Source: an uncultured Lentisphaerales bacterium
GTDB taxonomy: Bacteria; Verrucomicrobiota; Lentisphaeria; JABSQK01; UBA12247
Reading direction: 5' to 3'
Assembly (NCBI GenBank): GCA_943788985.1
Contig: CALSSJ010000010.1
Location: forward strand, 160,001 to 224,000
Length of the DNA stretch: 64,000 bases
The position numbers and the translations under genes were made by a program. This document shows positions 60,871-64,000 of the stretch, in pieces; positions within the stretch are counted from its first letter, which is position 1; the number at the start of each line of letters is the position of its first letter. The notes beneath the pieces are model-generated. The model saw only the letters and a program-made list of their open reading frames with translations, ran no database searches and was not told the origin of the DNA.

Positions 60871-61947
60871 GTGGAGCGCCGCAATCTTACAGAAACGATT
60901 TCCCGAAAGAAGATTGATAGGTCGCATCCCTCGCACCGGATTGCCCAGCTGGGGCAGTTTGACCAGGCGATGCGGAGCCTGACGCGGGGTGATCATGACA
61001 CGGCGGTTCGAGAGCTATACATAACGCTGCAGCGTGACTAGGATTCTCCCAAACTGCTGTACGCCGCTAGCCTCTGCGCGCTGAATGCCGTTGATGCCGA
61101 GCGAGCGCAGGAGAATCTTGATTCCCTGCGACAGATCGCTCCGGATTCCGGCTTGACCGCACATCTGGGCTTTCTCCGCGATATTAGAAACGGAAACTTT
61201 CAGCGCGCCCTATCAGCTTCAGAGACGCGAAACTCTTTTAGCAGTCAGGAGCTCCCGTTTCTACTGGATAGGGGCATGATTTTTCTGCAGCAAGACGAGC
61301 GTCTGGCGGCCGAAAGTAGCATACGCGCGGCCATGGTGCATGCAACATTTTTCGATTTTCAGCGACTGGGGGCAGTGGACGCGTTGAGTCGATTGCTGGT
61401 CAGTTCGGGCCGCTCAAAGGAGGCGACAGCTGTCGATGTGACGGTTCACGAGGGTGCCCCTGCGTCTGCGCAGCTTCACGCGAATCATGCGATTGCGCCT
61501 GAGCACTCCGGGAACGGAGCGGAGGCCAAGTCGGCGTTACTGAGCGCATTGGCGGTGAGCCCGGACGATCCGGTGGCTCTTTATTTGGTGCCCCATGATT
61601 CTGGCTCAGAGCGACGGATGGAGCACGGCCTGCTGTTGATCGGTGAGCACAGCAATGAATGCTGGGCAGTAACTCTCATGGCGGATCGATACACGATCGA
61701 CGGAGAGGAACACAACTATGTTGTTGTTGCCTCGCGTTTTGCTTCAAGGCATCATTGCGAGCTTGCATGCATGGAGGGCCGGCGGGTCTTGAACGACCTA
61801 AACACCAGAAATGGAGCTCTCGTGAATGGTGAGAAGCAGCGCACGGTCGTGCTGAAAGACGGCGACTTGATTGAGTTGTGCGACACCAAGCTGTGTCTTT
61901 ATTCAAGTTCACTCAAAAGCCTGGCTAGAAGTCCGACAGGCTCCTAA
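60871..61947 (+). pseudogene. TPR + FHA domain protein with internal stop
   Basis: Frame open from GTG 60871, broken by TAG at 61039-61041, then continuing into the 61153 ORF. TPR-like helices, then ASRHHC...DLNTRNGALVNG...LKDGDLIEL. Confidence 0.6.
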
Positions 61948-61956
61948 AGTGGTGAA

Positions 61957-63114
61957 TCATAAATTCGTGGGACAAATGCGAGGGCCTTTCGGCGCTCCGC
62001 AGGCCTGGTTTTGCAAACACTCCGCAACGACGTCGCGAGTGGCTCGCTCCAGATTTACGGCGGTGTCGCGCAACTGCTCAGCTAATGATTGGCTTGCTGG
62101 GCTTATCGCGCGCAAGATCGTGGCTCCCGGGAGGCCGCTTGCGCGCAGTTCGTCGCTGACTGAGCCGGATAGGACGACACAGGGCCGGTCGAGTGCCGCT
62201 GCTCGTGCGCAGACAAAAGCACAGGCCTTGCCGTTTGGTGTCTGGGTATCGGATCTGCCTTCTCCCGTCAGAATAAGATCTGAGTTGCTGATAGCTGCGT
62301 TGAGTCCGATGATGTCGGCAATAAGTGCCGCGCCCGGCTCCAGGTCCGCGTTGCAGAAGGCTTGCAGCCCAAAGCCCAGCCCGCCAGCTGCACCGCTGCC
62401 GGGCCGTGCGGCGAGCCCGGGTGCCGTCGTTTCTCCGAGATGCCGCAGGCCTTCGTCGAGCACCGCCACGTCAAGAGAAGTCGCGCCCTTCTGCGGGCCG
62501 TAGACCGCCGCCGCGCCTTCGGTCCCGTAGAGTGGGTTGCGGACATCGCAGGCGACTCGAAGCTTGATTGTCAGAGTGGCTGGTGCGTGCACCCTGGCCA
62601 GATTCACGAGCGAGGCCCCGCCTGGCGAAAGCGGAACGCCGAGGGCATCAAGGAAGCGGTAGCCGATCGCGCTGGCCATTCCGGTTCCTCCGTCAGTCAT
62701 CGCGCTGCCGCCGATTCCGATGATGATTTCGCGCGCATCGGCATCGAGTGCCGCGCGCAGTAGCTGGCCAACACCGAACGAGCTCGCCCTGCCAGCATCG
62801 CGCAATGCCGGCGGGATCTGGGCGAGGCCGCAAGCGGCTGCGCTCTCAATCACTGCAAGTTTGCGGTCAGAATCCCACAGCCAAGTCGCGCTGACAGGGC
62901 GCCCCAGAGCATCCTGTACGACTGCTTTCTTCCGCGTCAAAACCGGAATTGCCGCCTGCACGGCATCCAGCATCCCCTCTCCGCCGTCGGACATCGGCCG
63001 GGGAGTCACGTCTGCATTCTCCAGCGCCGATTCGATCCCGCGCTCCATTGCCTCACAGGCCGCTGGGGCAGAAAGAGACTCCTTGAAGGAATCCGGGGCT
63101 AATACAATTCGCAT
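61957..63114 (-). CDS. glxK: Glycerate kinase
   Basis: APDSFKESL, PMSDGGEG, GIGGSAMTDGG, YGPQKGA, GAAGGLG, TGEGRSD-x-QT-x-x-GK. Confidence 0.93.
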   Translation of the reverse strand: MRIVLAPDSFKESLSAPAACEAMERGIESALENADVTPRPMSDGGEGMLDAVQAAIPVLTRKKAVVQDALGRPVSATWLWDSDRKLAVIESAAACGLAQIPPALRDAGRASSFGVGQLLRAALDADAREIIIGIGGSAMTDGGTGMASAIGYRFLDALGVPLSPGGASLVNLARVHAPATLTIKLRVACDVRNPLYGTEGAAAVYGPQKGATSLDVAVLDEGLRHLGETTAPGLAARPGSGAAGGLGFGLQAFCNADLEPGAALIADIIGLNAAISNSDLILTGEGRSDTQTPNGKACAFVCARAAALDRPCVVLSGSVSDELRASGLPGATILRAISPASQSLAEQLRDTAVNLERATRDVVAECLQNQACGAPKGPRICPTNL

Positions 63115-63132
63115 GCAAAGCCTGTTCTGTTA

Positions 63133-63160
63133 TTGAATTATTTGAGGCGATTCGTATTAT
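63133..63160 (+). promoter_or_regulatory. Candidate promoter for tRNA-Thr
   Basis: TTGAAT-16 nt-TATTAT, 20 nt upstream of the tRNA. Confidence 0.45.
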
Positions 63161-63180
63161 ACCGTTTTGCCTCGCGAAGC

Positions 63181-63256
63181 GCCAATGTAGCTCAGTCGGT
63201 AGAGCAGCTCACTCGTAATGAGCAGGTCAGCGGTTCGAATCCGCTCATTGGCTCCA
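63181..63256 (+). tRNA. tRNA-Thr(CGT)
   Basis: GCCAATGTAGCTCAGTCGGTAGAGCAGCTCACTCGTAATGAGCAGGTCAGCGGTTCGAATCCGCTCATTGGCTCCA: cloverleaf, CGT anticodon, CCA. Confidence 0.97.
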
Positions 63257-63308
63257 GCGTGCTGGTCAGGATGACCGGCTAATTTCCACTAGATCGCGGA
63301 TGTCGGCC

Positions 63309-64000
63309 ATGAAGCTTTCGCTTTTTCCGCTCCCTCGAGAAATCGAAGCAGGCGCTGGAACGGTGCGACTCGCTGGAGAGTGGATCTGTCTCCCTGCAGC
63401 GTGTTCAGATGCGCTTCGTGACCGGATTCTTGAGATCAGTCGGCAGGTGGGGCAGATACTCAGATGCCGCTGTCGCGTGTCGGCGGCTTTGCCAAGCTCC
63501 GGAGTTGTCTTGCTGGCAGCAAAGCTGGAAGCTGAATCAGAGCTTCCCGCAGACGGCTTTACGCTCAGCACCGGCCCGACTGGTATTCAGGTGCGGGCTG
63601 CGACCGAATCTGGCGTCTTCTATGGCGTGCAGGCTGCGGCCCAACTGCTGCGGCAGTTCGGGCGCGAGAGTCCCGTGTTGAAGATCACTGACAGCCCAGA
63701 TTTTCCGGCGCGCGGTGTGATGCTGGACGTGAGTCGTTGCAAGGTCCCGACAGTCGCGACCTTGAAGCAACTGATCGATCGTCTGGCATCTGTGCGGATC
63801 AACCAGTTACAGCTTTATATCGAGCACACGTTTGCGTTCTCGGCACATGAAGCAGTCTGGCACGACGCCAGCCCATTCACACACGAAGAGCTGGCGGATC
63901 TCGATCGCTATTGCCGTGACCGCTATGTGGAGCTGGTGCCGAATCTAAACTCGTTTGGGCACATGGAGCGTTGGTTGAAACATCAAGCGTACAAGCATCT
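63309..64000 (+). CDS. GH20 beta-N-acetylhexosaminidase (partial, runs off right edge)
   Basis: Not in the ORF track. Manual translation: MKLSLFPLPRE...GVFYGVQ...ITDSPDFPARGVMLDVSRCKVP...NQLQLYIEHTF...ELVPNLNSFGHMERWL. Confidence 0.9.
   Translation, partial: MKLSLFPLPREIEAGAGTVRLAGEWICLPAACSDALRDRILEISRQVGQILRCRCRVSAALPSSGVVLLAAKLEAESELPADGFTLSTGPTGIQVRAATESGVFYGVQAAAQLLRQFGRESPVLKITDSPDFPARGVMLDVSRCKVPTVATLKQLIDRLASVRINQLQLYIEHTFAFSAHEAVWHDASPFTHEELADLDRYCRDRYVELVPNLNSFGHMERWLKHQAYKH

Noticed and set aside
4869..61947. Stop-codon reassignment (TGA=Trp or TAG readthrough)
   Set aside because: TGA and TAG both terminate many intact genes at expected ends, TGG is used normally, and the internal stops co-occur with frameshifts.
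1..64000. CRISPR array, rRNA, intact IS or defence island
   Set aside because: No spaced direct repeats, cas genes, rRNA-like tracts or intact transposase recognised by eye.

Overview
Bacterial, GC-rich window (about 60% by eye), most consistent with a marine PVC-superphylum organism, probably Lentisphaerota-like. This is inferred from the Gly-less prepilin sites, a GntR/LacI hybrid regulator, a sulfatase and Na+-NQR. From left to right it carries: type II secretion minor pseudopilins (gspHIJK); a MurJ-like flippase; tRNA-Gly; an 11-gene MoxR/DUF58/SpoIIM/RDD operon headed by zinc-finger (B-box-like) membrane proteins; an apparent in-frame MurF-TatC fusion; orphan recC; tadA; a cation/H+ antiporter fused to a PTS-EIIA domain; aroA; an ArsR-rhodanese pair; a TMTC-like glycosyltransferase; two divergent lipoprotein dihaem cytochromes c; hemH; xerD; a sulfatase; a TonB receptor; a 13-gene respiratory unit (ctaB-actABCDE-nqrM-like-nqrABCDEF) joining an ActF-less alternative complex III to Na+-NQR; wzm; glycerate kinase; tRNA-Thr; and a GH20. 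Several accessory genes the ORF track does not show intact are decaying pseudogenes (RAYT transposase, SRPBCC-GyrI, response regulator, PAS/GAF sensor, TPR-FHA), often with stops where Trp is expected. Two core genes (nqrA, hemH) have single homopolymer frameshifts that may be assembly errors. All calls come from motif recognition by eye; no database searches were run.
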